The notes beneath the pieces are model-generated. The model was not told the origin of the DNA. It did not search any database and was given only the letters and a program-made list of their open reading frames with translations. Below, piece after piece: positions 25,261-25,558 of a DNA stretch of 25,558 nucleotides (the first letter of the stretch is position 1; every line of letters begins with the position of its first letter). Origin of the DNA: a virus. Its lineage: Duplodnaviria > Caudoviricetes. The stretch covers positions 1 to 25,558 of IMG/VR virus record IMGVR_UViG_3300042334_000269, one strand, 5' to 3'. Made by a program: the position numbers and the translations under genes.

Positions 25261-25558
25261 ATGAACAAGAAGCCGATGATTGACCGAAGTTTCGACGAAG
25301 TCGATGCAGCCTTTGAGGATTGGCTTGAGACTTTGTCTCAGGAGGAACTGGATCAACTCAACGAGTTGATTGGCGAGACTAACCTCATCGAAGATGAGGT
25401 GAAGTCTGGTGTTCAGATCTTCGTAGAAGATGATGATGTTGCTCCGAAGGAGGAGAAGATGGAACAGCCGAAGGCTGAGAAGGTCAAGTGTCGGTGCTGT
25501 GGCTTCGCCAAGAAGCCTCGCCGAGTGAATGCCGAAGGCATTTGCAAGGTCTGCTACG
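25261..25558 (+). CDS. Acidic protein with Cys4 zinc finger (partial, runs off window; not in ORF track)
   Basis: Open from ATG 25261 to the edge: MNKKPMIDRSFDEVDAAFEDWLETLSQEELDQLNELIGETNLIEDEVKSGVQIFVEDDDVAPKEEKMEQPKAEKVKCRCCGFAKKPRRVNAEGICKVCY... Abrupt shift to coding-like composition and a purine-rich leader. Confidence 0.8.
   Translation, partial: MNKKPMIDRSFDEVDAAFEDWLETLSQEELDQLNELIGETNLIEDEVKSGVQIFVEDDDVAPKEEKMEQPKAEKVKCRCCGFAKKPRRVNAEGICKVCY

Larger units (their letters stand above)
1..25558. mobile_element. Tailed dsDNA bacteriophage genome segment (podovirus-like morphogenesis module, divergence region and first divergent gene)
   Basis: Terminase, portal, scaffold, capsid, adaptor, nozzle, fibres and large internal proteins occur in canonical order. 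There is no tape measure or sheath gene, and no host housekeeping gene, integrase or att site is visible, so prophage versus free phage cannot be decided. Confidence 0.95.

Noticed and set aside
25114-25356. 80-aa minus-strand ORF in the track
   Set aside because: Antisense to the better-supported plus-strand gene, and its remainder runs through low-complexity hairpin sequence.

Overview
The window is a fragment of a dsDNA tailed phage genome (podovirus-type, P22/T7-like virion logic). Positions 1-24575 are one tightly packed minus-strand late operon. Read in transcription order it encodes a small C1q-like fibre, a Zn-finger micro-gene, terminase large subunit, two overlapping small ORFs, portal, an HTH protein (candidate displaced small terminase), scaffold, major capsid, a terminator, three small basic proteins, a hypothetical protein, a head-tail adaptor, a tail nozzle, four fibre/adhesin genes plus a fibre chaperone, three probable ejection (internal virion) proteins including a 1850-aa giant, and a holin-like gene cut by the window edge. 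No tape measure, sheath or prohead protease is visible. Positions ~24576-25260 are an AT-rich non-coding region holding a dense array of about 12 short inverted repeats with a shared motif grammar; this is the most unusual element. A divergent plus-strand gene follows (25261 to the edge), encoding a very acidic N-terminus plus a Cys4 Zn-finger. Five probable genes are missing from the supplied ORF track and were translated by hand. Most small ORFs in the track are shadows of the strong T/G-ending codon bias. All family assignments rest on motif recognition and synteny, not database searches, and the host cannot be determined from this window.
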